This document shows, in pieces, positions 9,603 to 20,157 of a stretch of 61,300 bases of DNA. Each line of letters starts with the position of its first letter. Position 1 is the first letter of the stretch. Source of the stretch: a virus (Duplodnaviria; Caudoviricetes). Location: the IMG/VR virus record IMGVR_UViG_3300021961_006819, positions 1 through 61,300 of that record, one strand, 5' to 3'. Made by a program: the position numbers and the translations under genes. A model generated the notes under the pieces. That model was not told the DNA's origin and did not search any database. It was given only the letters and a program-made list of their open reading frames with translations.

Positions 9603-10550
9603 ATGAAAAAGTCAGTAGTATCAAACATATTCAATTTCCCTGTGTATGAGGAGCAGAAGGGTGATGTGAAAATCTCCTATTCTCAATACACGATGTGGGC
9701 TAATTGTCCTAAACAATGGAAGCTGACTTATGTGGATGGTCACAAATTCGATGACCCATCAATCCACCTAATCTTCGGTACAGCAATGCACGAAGTAATC
9801 CAAGAGTGGTTGAAGGTCATTTATAGTGAGAGTGCATCTAAAGCCGACACTATGGACCTCAACAAGATGTTGTTGGAAACTATGGCTACTGAATACAAAA
9901 AGTCAATGGCTATCTATGGTGTTAAGTTTACTACAAAAGACCAAATGAATGAGTTCTACGCCGATGGTGTAGAAATCCTTGACTTTCTCCGTAAGAATCG
10001 TTCTGAATATTTCTCAACTCGTAAGATGAGGTTAGTAGGTGTGGAACTTCCCATCTACTATCCCGCATCCGAGTCCAACGAACACATTATGATGAAGGGT
10101 TTCCTTGATTTGGTGTTTGAGATTGTAGAAGATGGTACGATTGAGATTTGGGACATCAAGACATCCACAAATGGGTGGAACAAATATCAGAAAGATGATA
10201 AGACCAAAACCGCTCAGTTAGTTCTTTATAAGAAGTTCTTCTCTGACCAGTATGGTTACCCTTTAGAAAAGATTCAAGTTCGTTACTTCATCGTAAAGAG
10301 AAAGTTGTGGGAAGAGGCGATGTTCGCCCAAAAACGAGTACAAGAGTTTGTACCTGCTCACGGAGTTCCTACGATGAGAAAGATATTAAAAGAGTTCAAC
10401 CGATTTATTGATGAAGGTTTCAATAAAGATGGTACATATAAGGTTGATGGGGAGTTCCTCGCTATCGCAGGTAAGAGTGGTAAGAATTGTAAGTTTTGTC
10501 CATTCAAAGATAGTGAGTTGTGTTCCAAGAAAGACCGAATCAAAGAGTAA
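9603..10550 (+). CDS. PD-(D/E)XK exonuclease (RecB/AddB/Cas4-like)
   Basis: ISYSQ..CPKQW, FGTAMHE, GFLDLV..IWDIKTS, QLVLY, C-terminal CKFCP...C. Confidence 0.88.
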   Translation: MKKSVVSNIFNFPVYEEQKGDVKISYSQYTMWANCPKQWKLTYVDGHKFDDPSIHLIFGTAMHEVIQEWLKVIYSESASKADTMDLNKMLLETMATEYKKSMAIYGVKFTTKDQMNEFYADGVEILDFLRKNRSEYFSTRKMRLVGVELPIYYPASESNEHIMMKGFLDLVFEIVEDGTIEIWDIKTSTNGWNKYQKDDKTKTAQLVLYKKFFSDQYGYPLEKIQVRYFIVKRKLWEEAMFAQKRVQEFVPAHGVPTMRKILKEFNRFIDEGFNKDGTYKVDGEFLAIAGKSGKNCKFCPFKDSELCSKKDRIKE

Positions 10551-10561
10551 ATTAATCCGTT

Positions 10562-11131
10562 ATGTTTTATAAATTCGACAAAGAGTTCCTTGAGTGGAAG
10601 AAAGATTCTAAAAAGATGAAGTTATTCGTAGCTTCTATTGTAGTGGTAATTCTATCATCATTCGTGGTAGGTAGGTATGTACGATTCGCATCATTGGATA
10701 AGTTTGAGAAAGAAGTAATGATTCTCAATCTTCAGAAAGAACGAGATAGGTTTACTGAAGATAAGTTGGTAAACGAGTTGAAACGACTAAACATCCGTTA
10801 TCCTCACATTGTAATGGCTCAATCCATTTTGGAAACCGGTCATTGGAAGAGTCAAGTGTTCAAATCCAATCACAACCTATTTGGTATGAAACAGGCGAAC
10901 CTTCGAATAAACACCGCTAAAGGTACAAACCTAAATCACGCCTATTACGAAAACTGGCAAGAGAGCTTGTATGACTATGCATTTTATCAATGTAGGTATA
11001 TGAGTAACGCAAGAACCGAAGAGGAATATTTCCTTGCGTTGAATGCTTCATATGCTGAAGCTGGTGGTCAATATTCAATAGCTCTAAAAAATGTTATCGA
11101 GAAAGAAAAACTACGCGAAAAGTTCGAATAA
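10562..11131 (+). CDS. Membrane-anchored glucosaminidase (GH73-like) peptidoglycan hydrolase
   Basis: N-terminal TM helix; AQSILETG..NLFGMK..YAE motifs. Confidence 0.8.
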   Translation: MFYKFDKEFLEWKKDSKKMKLFVASIVVVILSSFVVGRYVRFASLDKFEKEVMILNLQKERDRFTEDKLVNELKRLNIRYPHIVMAQSILETGHWKSQVFKSNHNLFGMKQANLRINTAKGTNLNHAYYENWQESLYDYAFYQCRYMSNARTEEEYFLALNASYAEAGGQYSIALKNVIEKEKLREKFE

Positions 11132-11168
11132 GGTGAAGGTAAATTACCGATTCAAAAAGGATAGACAT

Positions 11169-11564
11169 ATGAGAGTTGCTTTGATTGGAGATGAGAAATA
11201 TGAAAATCGTAATGAAATCAAAGACCTCGTATTCAAACTAAAACAAAAATATGGAGATGACCTCATTCTCATCACCCGTGGTAATCAGGTGGGTGTAGAG
11301 AAATGGGTTCGTAAATTCGCTTTGGAAATGGGGTGTAAGTACATCGAGTACAACCCCGCTTCTACTCCAATGAATCTCTACAGTGGTATGACTGAAGAGT
11401 ATTACGACAAACCATACCACCCAACTCAACCATTACATCAATACAATTGTGTGGTTGAAAATGCCGATAAGTTAATTTATTTTGGTGAAATAAAAAGGAA
11501 CGAATATAACCACTTTAATCGTGTATTACAACGATGGGGAAAGAAGGTTAATTTTGTTCAATAA
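11169..11564 (+). CDS. SLOG-family (YspA/DUF2493-like) protein
   Basis: MRVALIG..ITRGNQVGVEKWVRKFA pattern; start moved to ATG 11169. Confidence 0.55.
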   Translation: MRVALIGDEKYENRNEIKDLVFKLKQKYGDDLILITRGNQVGVEKWVRKFALEMGCKYIEYNPASTPMNLYSGMTEEYYDKPYHPTQPLHQYNCVVENADKLIYFGEIKRNEYNHFNRVLQRWGKKVNFVQ

Positions 11565-11597
11565 TTTGGATTCACCAAATATTTTCCGTATATTTAT
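11565..11597 (+). promoter_or_regulatory. Promoter (TTTG-N20-TATATTTA, also contains ATATTTAT)
   Basis: TTTG 11565; TATATTTAT 11589-11597. Confidence 0.55.
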
Positions 11598-11623
11598 AGA
11601 ATATAAAATCAAGAAAGTTACGA

Positions 11624-13042
11624 ATGGAATTACAATTGCCTAAATTACGCAAGGTAGACCCGAATAAACCCAAAAAGAAGAAGATTCTTCTACTTTCGGA
11701 TGACCTACGATTACATAGTGGTATTGCAACTCAATCTAAAGAAATGGTTCTTTCCACAATTCACAAGTATGATTGGGTTCAGTTAGGAGCCGCTCTAAAA
11801 CACCCAGACCACGGAAAGGTTTTTGATATATCAGCTGATGTATCCAAAGAAACCGGAGTATCTGATGCTAATGTGAAGATTTATGCACATACCGGATATG
11901 GCACTCCTGATGTGTTGAGGGAACTCTTGAATGTAGAGAAGCCGGATGCTATTCTACACTTTACCGACCCTCGTTTTTGGGGTTGGTTATATAATATGGA
12001 GAACGAACTACGCCAGTTTATTCCCATTATGTATTATAATATTTGGGACTCTATTCCAGACCCAATGTGGAATGCTCCGTTCTACGCAAGTTGTGACTTG
12101 TTGATGTCCATCTCAAAACAAACCTATGGTATCAACAAACGAACTCTTGAAAAGTATGGTATGCCTAAAGAAGATTGGTCATACAAATATATTCCCCACG
12201 GAGTATCTAAATTATTCAAACCACTACCTAAAGATGATTCAAAGTTAGTTGAGTTTAACCAACGATATGGTTTAAATCAATATGATTTTGTGGTTCTTTG
12301 GAACAACCGAAATATTCGTAGAAAACAACCCGGTGATGTTATTCTCGCGTTTAACGAGTTTGCTAAACAACATCAAGATAAGAAAGTTTGTTTATTTATG
12401 CATACTCAACAAGTTGATGAAAACGGAACTGATTTAAACGAAGTCATCAAATGGAATGGTCATTATGGTGACTATAAGTTTACGAATGCAAGATTCTCAA
12501 CGGAAGAATTAAACCTATTCTACAATTCGGGCGATATCATTCTAAACATCGCATCCAATGAAGGATTTGGACTTGCAAGTTGTGAAGCTCTCCGAGCCGG
12601 CACTCCAATTGTTGTGAATGTTACTGGTGGACTACAAGACCAATGTGGTTTTGATTACGCAGGTGAGGGTGATTTGACCGCAGAAGATTATGTAAAGATT
12701 GGTTCACTCCATAATCGTAGGGAGTGGAAAGATAACCCATCATTAGCGTGGGGAGTTTGGTCTTTCCCAGTTTGGCCATCTAATCTTTCACTTCAGGGTT
12801 CACCCGTGACTCCGTATATTTTTGATGACCGATGTGATTTTAATGAGGTTGCAGAACAATTAAGTATTGCATTCCAAAAAGGTAGAGAAAAACTTACCGA
12901 GTATGGTCAGTTTGGTCACGATTGGCTTGTATCAGATGCCGGTATGGCTTCTGAATCTATGGGGGAACGATTTATTGACGCTATTGATGGGTGTTTCCAA
13001 AATTGGACACCTCGTAAACGATTTGAAATGTATTCAGTATGA
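11624..13042 (+). CDS. GT4 glycosyltransferase
   Basis: NRNIRRKQ and NEGFGLASCEALRAGTP. Confidence 0.9.
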   Translation: MELQLPKLRKVDPNKPKKKKILLLSDDLRLHSGIATQSKEMVLSTIHKYDWVQLGAALKHPDHGKVFDISADVSKETGVSDANVKIYAHTGYGTPDVLRELLNVEKPDAILHFTDPRFWGWLYNMENELRQFIPIMYYNIWDSIPDPMWNAPFYASCDLLMSISKQTYGINKRTLEKYGMPKEDWSYKYIPHGVSKLFKPLPKDDSKLVEFNQRYGLNQYDFVVLWNNRNIRRKQPGDVILAFNEFAKQHQDKKVCLFMHTQQVDENGTDLNEVIKWNGHYGDYKFTNARFSTEELNLFYNSGDIILNIASNEGFGLASCEALRAGTPIVVNVTGGLQDQCGFDYAGEGDLTAEDYVKIGSLHNRREWKDNPSLAWGVWSFPVWPSNLSLQGSPVTPYIFDDRCDFNEVAEQLSIAFQKGREKLTEYGQFGHDWLVSDAGMASESMGERFIDAIDGCFQNWTPRKRFEMYSV

Positions 13043-14310
13043 AAAAGTTATGTGTAGTTAGTTGCCCAATCGCAACACGAAGTGGTTATGGTTCTCGTTC
13101 ACGAGATTTTGTTCGCTCTTTAATTGAGGTAAAGGGTGAAGAGTGGGATATTAAGATTCTACCTCAACGATGGGGAAATACACCCCAAAACGCATTGACA
13201 TCGGAAGATACGGATTTAACATCTCGTATTATTGGTAATATGCAACAAAAGCCAGATGTGTGGATTCAGATTACAATTCCCAATGAGTTTCAAGCGGTGG
13301 GTCACTTTAACATTGGAGTATCTGCGGTAATTGAAACTACCGAAGCCAGTCCGCAATTTATTGAGGGTTGTAATCGTATGGATTTGAATATTGTATCATC
13401 TAAACACTCCGCATCAACTCTTCAAACTTCATATGAAAAACTTGATGAAAAAACTAAACAAAAAATTGGTGATTTAAAACTAATCAAGCCCGTTGAGGTT
13501 CTATTTGAGGGATTTGATGAAAACATCTATGATAATAAGTTACCTGTACACAAATCGATAAATGATGTGATGTCATCCATTAAAGAAGAATTTGCCTTTC
13601 TATTTGTTGGCCATTGGCTACAGGGTAATTTGGGTCAGGATAGAAAAAATGTTAGTGGTTTAATAAAAATATTCTTGGAAACATTCAAGAATAAATCTAA
13701 AAAACCCGCACTTATTTTAAAGACATCCATCACATCACCTGGTATTACAAATGTTCACGAACTTCGTAAACGAGTCGAGATGATTAAGAGTACTGTTGAC
13801 TCAAAAAACCTACCAAGTATTTATATCCTCGATGGTGACCTTTCGGATGAAGAGATGAACTCTTTATATAACCACCCAAAAGTAAAGGTGAATGTTTCAT
13901 TTACACGAGGTGAGGGATTTGGTAGACCCCTATTGGAAGCTTGTGTAAGTGGTAAACCAATTGTAGTTTCTAATTGGAGTGGTCATTTAGATTTTTTACA
14001 TCCCGATTACAACTTTTTAGTGGGTGGGTCACTTGAACAAGTTGATGAGTCCGCCGCCAATGATTGGATTCGTAAAGAATCGAAGTGGTTTACTATTAAT
14101 TATAATGAGGGTGGTGGTATTATGAAATGGATTTACGATAATTATAAGAAAGCGGAAGAGAAATCTCGTAAGAATCGTAAGTATGTAAAAGATAACTTCA
14201 CAATTCGGAAAATGACCGAATTACTTGGTGATATTTTACAAAAACATAACGCGGGAAAAGGACCACAACAAGTTACACTTCAGTTACCTAAATTGAAGAA
14301 GGTTGAATAA
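13039..14310 (+). CDS. GT4 glycosyltransferase
   Basis: SGYG, DRKNV and RGEGFGRPLLEA..GKP. Confidence 0.9.
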   Translation: MKKLCVVSCPIATRSGYGSRSRDFVRSLIEVKGEEWDIKILPQRWGNTPQNALTSEDTDLTSRIIGNMQQKPDVWIQITIPNEFQAVGHFNIGVSAVIETTEASPQFIEGCNRMDLNIVSSKHSASTLQTSYEKLDEKTKQKIGDLKLIKPVEVLFEGFDENIYDNKLPVHKSINDVMSSIKEEFAFLFVGHWLQGNLGQDRKNVSGLIKIFLETFKNKSKKPALILKTSITSPGITNVHELRKRVEMIKSTVDSKNLPSIYILDGDLSDEEMNSLYNHPKVKVNVSFTRGEGFGRPLLEACVSGKPIVVSNWSGHLDFLHPDYNFLVGGSLEQVDESAANDWIRKESKWFTINYNEGGGIMKWIYDNYKKAEEKSRKNRKYVKDNFTIRKMTELLGDILQKHNAGKGPQQVTLQLPKLKKVE

Positions 14311-14312
14311 TA

Positions 14313-14810
14313 ATGAACTATACAACACAACATCGAAATAAATTATCAGACCCGACCCGTATCTCCAAATCACAATTGGAGAGGGGTCAGGTGGTAAAAG
14401 TCCGTTATAGAAAAGCAGACAATTCAATGGGTGATTATTTCGTATTTGTGTTACAACCCAAATACCACGGATATTTTCATTGCTTGGATTTAAAAGTAAT
14501 AGCCCCGGCATCTATGATAAAACTCGCAAAGGATTTGGGTGAAACCTTTTGTACGGGAGCTCGTGTAAAGAAATTGGATTTAACTAAACTCCTAATCACG
14601 GAAAATTCAAAGGGATTTTACATTGGTAATATTAGACATAAGAAACTCCAAGAGGGGTATAGAACTTTTATTGAACCAAATATAATGTCTATACTTGCTT
14701 ACAACTATGACTACGGAATCCACGACAAAATCGCAACCAAAGCAGAACGAATCAAAGCCGAGGGTAAACGACAAGATGACCAAGACGCAATGGGAACTTA
14801 CACAGGTTAA
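14313..14810 (+). CDS. Hypothetical protein
   Basis: 165-aa ORF in operon; no confident motif. Confidence 0.6.
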   Translation: MNYTTQHRNKLSDPTRISKSQLERGQVVKVRYRKADNSMGDYFVFVLQPKYHGYFHCLDLKVIAPASMIKLAKDLGETFCTGARVKKLDLTKLLITENSKGFYIGNIRHKKLQEGYRTFIEPNIMSILAYNYDYGIHDKIATKAERIKAEGKRQDDQDAMGTYTG

Positions 14811-14815
14811 AAATT

Positions 14816-15433
14816 ATGAAAATCAGTTACGCAGTTACGGTATGTAACGAAATCGAGGAAATCAAACGATTGATTCCTTTCTTGGTAGAGAAGAAACAAC
14901 CACAAGATGAGATTGTGGTTTTAATCGACTTGAAGAACGGCTCCGCCGAAGTGCTTGAATGGTTGGGGATGTGGGAAGATGATATCTTCATTATGGGTGA
15001 ACAATTTGATGGTCACTTTGGTAATTGGAAGAATCGACTTACCGACTATTGTAGTGGTGATTATGTTTTTCAGATTGATGCGGATGAGATTCCCCACGAA
15101 GCTCTTATGTTAAACATTCATTCGATTCTTGAAGAAAATGATGTGGATGCCATTCTTGTACCACGAGTAAACACGGTTGAAGGTTTGACGCCAGAACACA
15201 TTCAGAAGTGGGGTTGGAATCTAAATGAAAAGGGTTGGGTAAATTGGCCAGACCCACAATGGAGAGTTTATAAAAACAATAGGTCAGTTCGTTGGGAAAA
15301 CAAGGTTCACGAAAAACTCGTTGGATACGAAACCCTTTCTAACTTTCCGTGGATTGAAGAATTATCCCTTTATCATCACAAACAAATTCAAAGACAAGAG
15401 CGACAAAACGAATATTACGAAACCCTATCGTGA
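14816..15433 (+). CDS. GT2 glycosyltransferase
   Basis: ISYAVTVCNE, FQIDADE and VHE motifs. Confidence 0.88.
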   Translation: MKISYAVTVCNEIEEIKRLIPFLVEKKQPQDEIVVLIDLKNGSAEVLEWLGMWEDDIFIMGEQFDGHFGNWKNRLTDYCSGDYVFQIDADEIPHEALMLNIHSILEENDVDAILVPRVNTVEGLTPEHIQKWGWNLNEKGWVNWPDPQWRVYKNNRSVRWENKVHEKLVGYETLSNFPWIEELSLYHHKQIQRQERQNEYYETLS

Positions 15434-15454
15434 TGGGAGTTTTGGAAACGATTC

Positions 15455-17173
15455 GTGTGTCCTAAAGAAAATTTTCAATTTCCTATGTTATTAGATTGTA
15501 CATTAAGAGATGGTGGTTACTACACCAATTGGAACTTTGACACTCAAATGGTCAAAGAAATGATTCAAGCCCTTGACCTTTCGGGTGTCGATGTGATTGA
15601 ATTGGGTTATAAATCCCCCGTAAAGGGTGGTAAGTTTCGTAAATGTAACGATAGGTTCATTTGGGAAGTTTTGGAATATAGATTGCCCGTAAACTCTCGT
15701 TTGGCGTTTATGATTGATGCTAAAGATTTCATCAAAGGTGATGATGTTGATTACTCTCTCATTGATGATGTCATTCACAACCAATGGCAATCTCCTTTCG
15801 AGATTTGTAGATTGGCAATCAAACATTCCGAGATTGAACCATCCTTAAAGATTGGAGAATACATTAAATCAAAGGGATACCAACTTGCGGTAAACCTTAT
15901 GGGTATCTCACTTTTGAGTGATGAACAAATTAACGACTTTGGTAAGTTCTCCTATTTAGACCCCATCGCATTATACTTTGCGGATTCTTATGGAAATCTT
16001 GAACCTACACGAACAAAACAATTAGTATCGTTATTCAAAACCTTTGGGTGTGCCGTTGGTGTTCATACACACGACAACCTTGGACTTGCTTTCGCAAATT
16101 GTTTGTCTTCCTTGGAAGAGGGTGCAAGTTGGATTGATGGAACTCTACTTGGTATGGGTCGTGGGGTAGGTAATGTTAAAACCGAACAATTGGTTACATA
16201 CCTACAATACAAAACACAAGCGTACAATTCCAAACCTATTCAAAAAATTCTTACGGATTGGATGATTCCTTTGATGGAAACACACAAATGGGGATTCACA
16301 CACAATTATATGGTAAGTGGATTGAAACACATTCACCCATTGTATCCACAAACACTTCAGTCATCTTTCTTGAATCCAAATCGTATTGAGGATATTCTTT
16401 TGGATATTGAAGATTCCACCTCATACGATTACTCAAAGATTGAAGACCAACTGAAACCAAAAGTAGCTGTGGTCATTCCGGCCCGTTACAAATCTTCAAG
16501 ATTTCCTGGCAAACCTCTTGCTAAAATTAAGGGTAAGGAAATGATTATTTGGGTAGCGGAAACTGCTGAAAAAGCCGTAGGTCGTGAGAATGTTTACATT
16601 GCAACCGAAAACGAAGAAATTGTTGATGTGGTTAAGGGTTACGGATACAAAGTAGTCCTAACATCAGATTCGTGTCCTACGGGTACGGACCGAGTGGCTG
16701 AGGCGGCTTTGGAGATTGATGCTGATATCATCATCAACATTCAGGGAGATGAACCCCTGTTAGACCCTTCGGACATCACCAAAGTTATTGAGTATAAGAT
16801 GTGTTACCCAAATCATATTGTGAATTGTATGGCATATCTAAACAAACACGAGAATGTAGAAGATAAGAAGATTCCAAAGGTAATTACCTCATTGGATGAT
16901 GAGTTGATTTATATTTCTCGTAATCCGATTCCTGGCACAAAGACCGGCAATGGTTCTAATCCAAAGAAACAAGTTTGTATCTACGGATTCAATCGTGAAC
17001 ATTTGAAGGAGTTCGCTGGGATGGGTAAAAAGACACCACTCGAATTTGAAGAAGATATCGAAATCATCAGATTCTTGGAAATGGGTCATAAAATTAAAAT
17101 GGTTATGTTGGATTCCAACTCACACGCAGTTGATTATCCGGAAGATATTAAAATTGTAGAAGAAATGTTATGA
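15455..17173 (+). CDS. kdsB: Fusion of DRE-TIM aldolase-like (HMGL-like) domain and CMP-Kdo synthetase-like cytidylyltransferase
   Basis: N-terminal LLDCTLRDGGY, HTHDNLGLAFAN, GMGRGVGN; C-terminal IPARYKSSRFPGKPL, GTDRVAEA, NIQGDEP; start may be ATG 15485. Confidence 0.85.
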   Translation: MCPKENFQFPMLLDCTLRDGGYYTNWNFDTQMVKEMIQALDLSGVDVIELGYKSPVKGGKFRKCNDRFIWEVLEYRLPVNSRLAFMIDAKDFIKGDDVDYSLIDDVIHNQWQSPFEICRLAIKHSEIEPSLKIGEYIKSKGYQLAVNLMGISLLSDEQINDFGKFSYLDPIALYFADSYGNLEPTRTKQLVSLFKTFGCAVGVHTHDNLGLAFANCLSSLEEGASWIDGTLLGMGRGVGNVKTEQLVTYLQYKTQAYNSKPIQKILTDWMIPLMETHKWGFTHNYMVSGLKHIHPLYPQTLQSSFLNPNRIEDILLDIEDSTSYDYSKIEDQLKPKVAVVIPARYKSSRFPGKPLAKIKGKEMIIWVAETAEKAVGRENVYIATENEEIVDVVKGYGYKVVLTSDSCPTGTDRVAEAALEIDADIIINIQGDEPLLDPSDITKVIEYKMCYPNHIVNCMAYLNKHENVEDKKIPKVITSLDDELIYISRNPIPGTKTGNGSNPKKQVCIYGFNREHLKEFAGMGKKTPLEFEEDIEIIRFLEMGHKIKMVMLDSNSHAVDYPEDIKIVEEML

Positions 17174-17964
17174 AACAAAAAACAATAGAGTTACAAAAAG
17201 AACTACAATCATTACAATATATGGATGAGAGATTATCCGTATTGAAAAATCAATATGATGGTGAAACCGCATATATTATTGCGGCCGGACCATCCCTAAA
17301 CAATTATTCAATTAATCAATTGAAAAAAGTATTGGGAGATAAGTTGGTATTTTGTATTAAACAACCATACCATAATCTAAAAGATATTACTGACTTTTTG
17401 TTTCTTAATTTTACAAATCTATCACCATATCAGTTTCAATCCGATACGATTGTATCTTGGGCTTATTGGTTTCAACAACATCCTCAAGTTATTGCCGACC
17501 AAAAGTGGAAGGCTGATTTGTTGTTCCCCATCTTCAGAAATGAAAATATTGATAACAAGATAAGTCAATCTATTGCGTATAGAAACGACTTTGAAAATAT
17601 TTCATTCGAAAAGAGTATCGAGCGACCTTGGGGGCCAGGTCTAATGTATGAACTTGCTATTCCAATGGCTCTACATTTAGGATGTAAAAAGATTGTTACT
17701 ATTGGGTGGGATATTGGAGATATTAATATGTGGTCAAATCCAAGTGATGAAAATGAAAGACACTTTGTTGAACACTTTTATTCTCCCGAAACACCAATGT
17801 ATGATAAATTCAAAATGGATGCCGAAGAGGTTATGTTGATTACCAAATCCGTAACCGATTTAAGTAATTATCTAAAATCTATGGGTGTTGAGTTCCAAAT
17901 CATATCAGACCGAAATCCGGCCGATAGTTCTATCCAAAGAATTGAATTAGAAGACATAAAATGA
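17170..17964 (+). CDS. MAF_flag10/DUF115-like protein (putative ulosonic-acid transferase)
   Basis: AYIIAAGPSL and ALHLGCKKIVTIGWD motifs. Confidence 0.65.
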   Translation: MKQKTIELQKELQSLQYMDERLSVLKNQYDGETAYIIAAGPSLNNYSINQLKKVLGDKLVFCIKQPYHNLKDITDFLFLNFTNLSPYQFQSDTIVSWAYWFQQHPQVIADQKWKADLLFPIFRNENIDNKISQSIAYRNDFENISFEKSIERPWGPGLMYELAIPMALHLGCKKIVTIGWDIGDINMWSNPSDENERHFVEHFYSPETPMYDKFKMDAEEVMLITKSVTDLSNYLKSMGVEFQIISDRNPADSSIQRIELEDIK

Positions 17965-18347
17965 ACATAGAAGAATATAATATCCTACAAAAGAATGAAA
18001 ACGCCAATCAGATTGCGATAGATTTTGATGGAGTAATCCATAAGAATTCTTTAGGATTTCACGATGGTAGTGTTTATGATGAACCTATTGAGGGTTCGTT
18101 GGAAGCAATTCGCAAATTATATGATATGGGTTACTCCATAGTTATATTCACCGCCAAAGCAAAGTCAGATAGACCTCTTGTAAATGGTAAAACTGGTGAA
18201 GAGTTGATTTGGGAGTGGCTGGAAAAATATAATGTTTCTCAATACATCAAGTCGATAACATCGGAGAAGCCAAGAGCCAAGTATTACATCGATGATAATG
18301 CTGTAAGGTTTACTAATTGGGTTGATGTTTTAGGTTTGGTAATGTAA
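17961..18347 (+). CDS. HAD-family phosphatase
   Basis: IAIDFDGVI, FTA and KP..YYIDD. Confidence 0.85.
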   Translation: MNIEEYNILQKNENANQIAIDFDGVIHKNSLGFHDGSVYDEPIEGSLEAIRKLYDMGYSIVIFTAKAKSDRPLVNGKTGEELIWEWLEKYNVSQYIKSITSEKPRAKYYIDDNAVRFTNWVDVLGLVM

Positions 18348-18366
18348 AAAATATTTTGTATATTTG
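18335..18366 (+). promoter_or_regulatory. Bacteroidetes sigma70-type promoter
   Basis: TTTG 18335, N20, TATATTTG 18359. Confidence 0.7.
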
Positions 18367-18381
18367 TAAAAATAAATTGTT

Positions 18382-19566
18382 ATGAAAGAGCAAATACCTT
18401 TATTTAAAGTGTTTATGAGTCCCACCGCTAAAGATGAGGTGGCTAAAGTTCTTGATAGTGGATTCATAGGTCAAGGTGCTGTTGTAGAAAAATTCGAAAA
18501 GAACCTGTCCGATTTCCTTGAGAACGATAGAGTATTGACTCTCAATTCGGGTACATCAGGTCTTCATCTAGCCTTACATCTTTTGAAAGCTCCAAAGAAA
18601 TCAACTCAAGTATTTCACGGAGTCGCTTCAATTGATTCATATTGGCCCGGTCTTGAAGATGGTGATGAAGTTTTGGCTACATCGCTGACTTGTACGGCTT
18701 CCAATTTTCCAATTCTGGCTAATAATCTAAAGATTAAGTGGGTAGATATCAATCCTACAACATTAAACATTGATTTGGATGACTTGGAAAGAAAGTTAAG
18801 TCCAAAGACAAAAGTTATTATGTTGGTACATTGGGGTGGATATCCGAATGATTTGAATCGTATTCAACAAATTCAAGAAAAAGCCAAACGGATGTATGGT
18901 TTTAAACCTGCTGTTATTGAAGATGGTGCTCACTCATTTGGTACAAGATATATGGGTAAACCACTTGGAAACCACGGAAATATTGTAATGCACTCGTTGC
19001 AGGCAATTAAACATATCACTTCAGTTGATGGTGGTATTTTGATACTACCTCACCAAGAACTTTATAGTAGAGGTAAGTTGATTCGTTGGTATGGTATTGA
19101 CCGAGATTCTAATCGTAAGGATTTCCGATGTGAAGCTGATATTCCGGAATGGGGATTTAAATTCCATATGAATGATGTGAATGCGGCTGTGGGTATAGAG
19201 AACTTGAAACACGCCAAGAATATTATTACGACTCACCAGGACAACGCCAAGTTCTACGACCAAAATCTTCAAAATATTAGTGGTCTTGAAACCTTGAAAC
19301 GAGAGGTTGGCCACGAATCTGCGTTTTGGATTTATTCAATGTTGGTAGATGACCGAGATGGATTTATGAAATGGATGAAAGAATGTAACATCATCGTTTC
19401 TCAAGTACACGAACGAAACGATAAACATTCTTGTGTTAGGGAGTACACATCAGCCCTTCCACAACTTGATAGAACCATTGGTAAGGTAGTTTCAATTCCA
19501 GTTGGTTGGTGGGTTAACGCTGAACAGCGTGAATATATTGTAGATTGTATCAAAAAAGGTTGGTAA
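18382..19566 (+). CDS. DegT/DnrJ/EryC1/StrS sugar aminotransferase
   Basis: NSGTSGLHLAL, IEDGAHSFG and SLQAIKHITSVDGG (PLP lysine). Confidence 0.93.
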   Translation: MKEQIPLFKVFMSPTAKDEVAKVLDSGFIGQGAVVEKFEKNLSDFLENDRVLTLNSGTSGLHLALHLLKAPKKSTQVFHGVASIDSYWPGLEDGDEVLATSLTCTASNFPILANNLKIKWVDINPTTLNIDLDDLERKLSPKTKVIMLVHWGGYPNDLNRIQQIQEKAKRMYGFKPAVIEDGAHSFGTRYMGKPLGNHGNIVMHSLQAIKHITSVDGGILILPHQELYSRGKLIRWYGIDRDSNRKDFRCEADIPEWGFKFHMNDVNAAVGIENLKHAKNIITTHQDNAKFYDQNLQNISGLETLKREVGHESAFWIYSMLVDDRDGFMKWMKECNIIVSQVHERNDKHSCVREYTSALPQLDRTIGKVVSIPVGWWVNAEQREYIVDCIKKGW

Positions 19567-20156
19567 TGTATATTGAACCGAGTATTGAGTCATCCTATCA
19601 TTTTAACAATAAGGGAGCTCATCCAAGTCAAAATGTAAACCTCTATTTTCAACCCAATATTGGTGTTGAAATCTATAACATCGTTATGGAAAAAAAACCA
19701 AAGGTGGTTGTTGAATTTGGAGTTTTGAATGGATTTTCAACAGTATGTATCGCACAAGCTCTTCGTGACCTTGGTGGTGGTAAATTATACTCTTACGATT
19801 TGTGGGAAAAATATCCATATAAGAGAGGTAATAAAGAAATAGTTGCTTCTAATTTAGAATACTACAACTTAACTAAATATGTTGAATTGTGTGATGGTGA
19901 CTTTATGGAATGGTGTAATCAAAGACACGAATGTGATTTACTTCATCTTGATGTAAATAATGATGGTAACATTATTGAGATGGTAAATGAGAAAATAGAT
20001 TGGTGTGATATCATTTTCGAAGGTGGCTCAGTAGAACGAGATAATTGTTGGTGGATGAGAGAATTTAATAGACGCCCAATTAACGAAGTAAAAGAATTAA
20101 CTAACTACAAAGTTTTGGTGGAGGATTTCCCATCAATATCAATTATAGAAAGATAA
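19566..20156 (+). CDS. Class I SAM-dependent methyltransferase
   Basis: VVEFGVLNGFST..YSYD..LLHLD. Confidence 0.8.
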   Translation: MYIEPSIESSYHFNNKGAHPSQNVNLYFQPNIGVEIYNIVMEKKPKVVVEFGVLNGFSTVCIAQALRDLGGGKLYSYDLWEKYPYKRGNKEIVASNLEYYNLTKYVELCDGDFMEWCNQRHECDLLHLDVNNDGNIIEMVNEKIDWCDIIFEGGSVERDNCWWMREFNRRPINEVKELTNYKVLVEDFPSISIIER

Positions 20157-20157
20157 T

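Noticed and set aside
9603-10550. cas4 as part of a CRISPR system
   Set aside because: Four-Cys PD-(D/E)XK nucleases are common stand-alone phage genes; no array or other cas genes here
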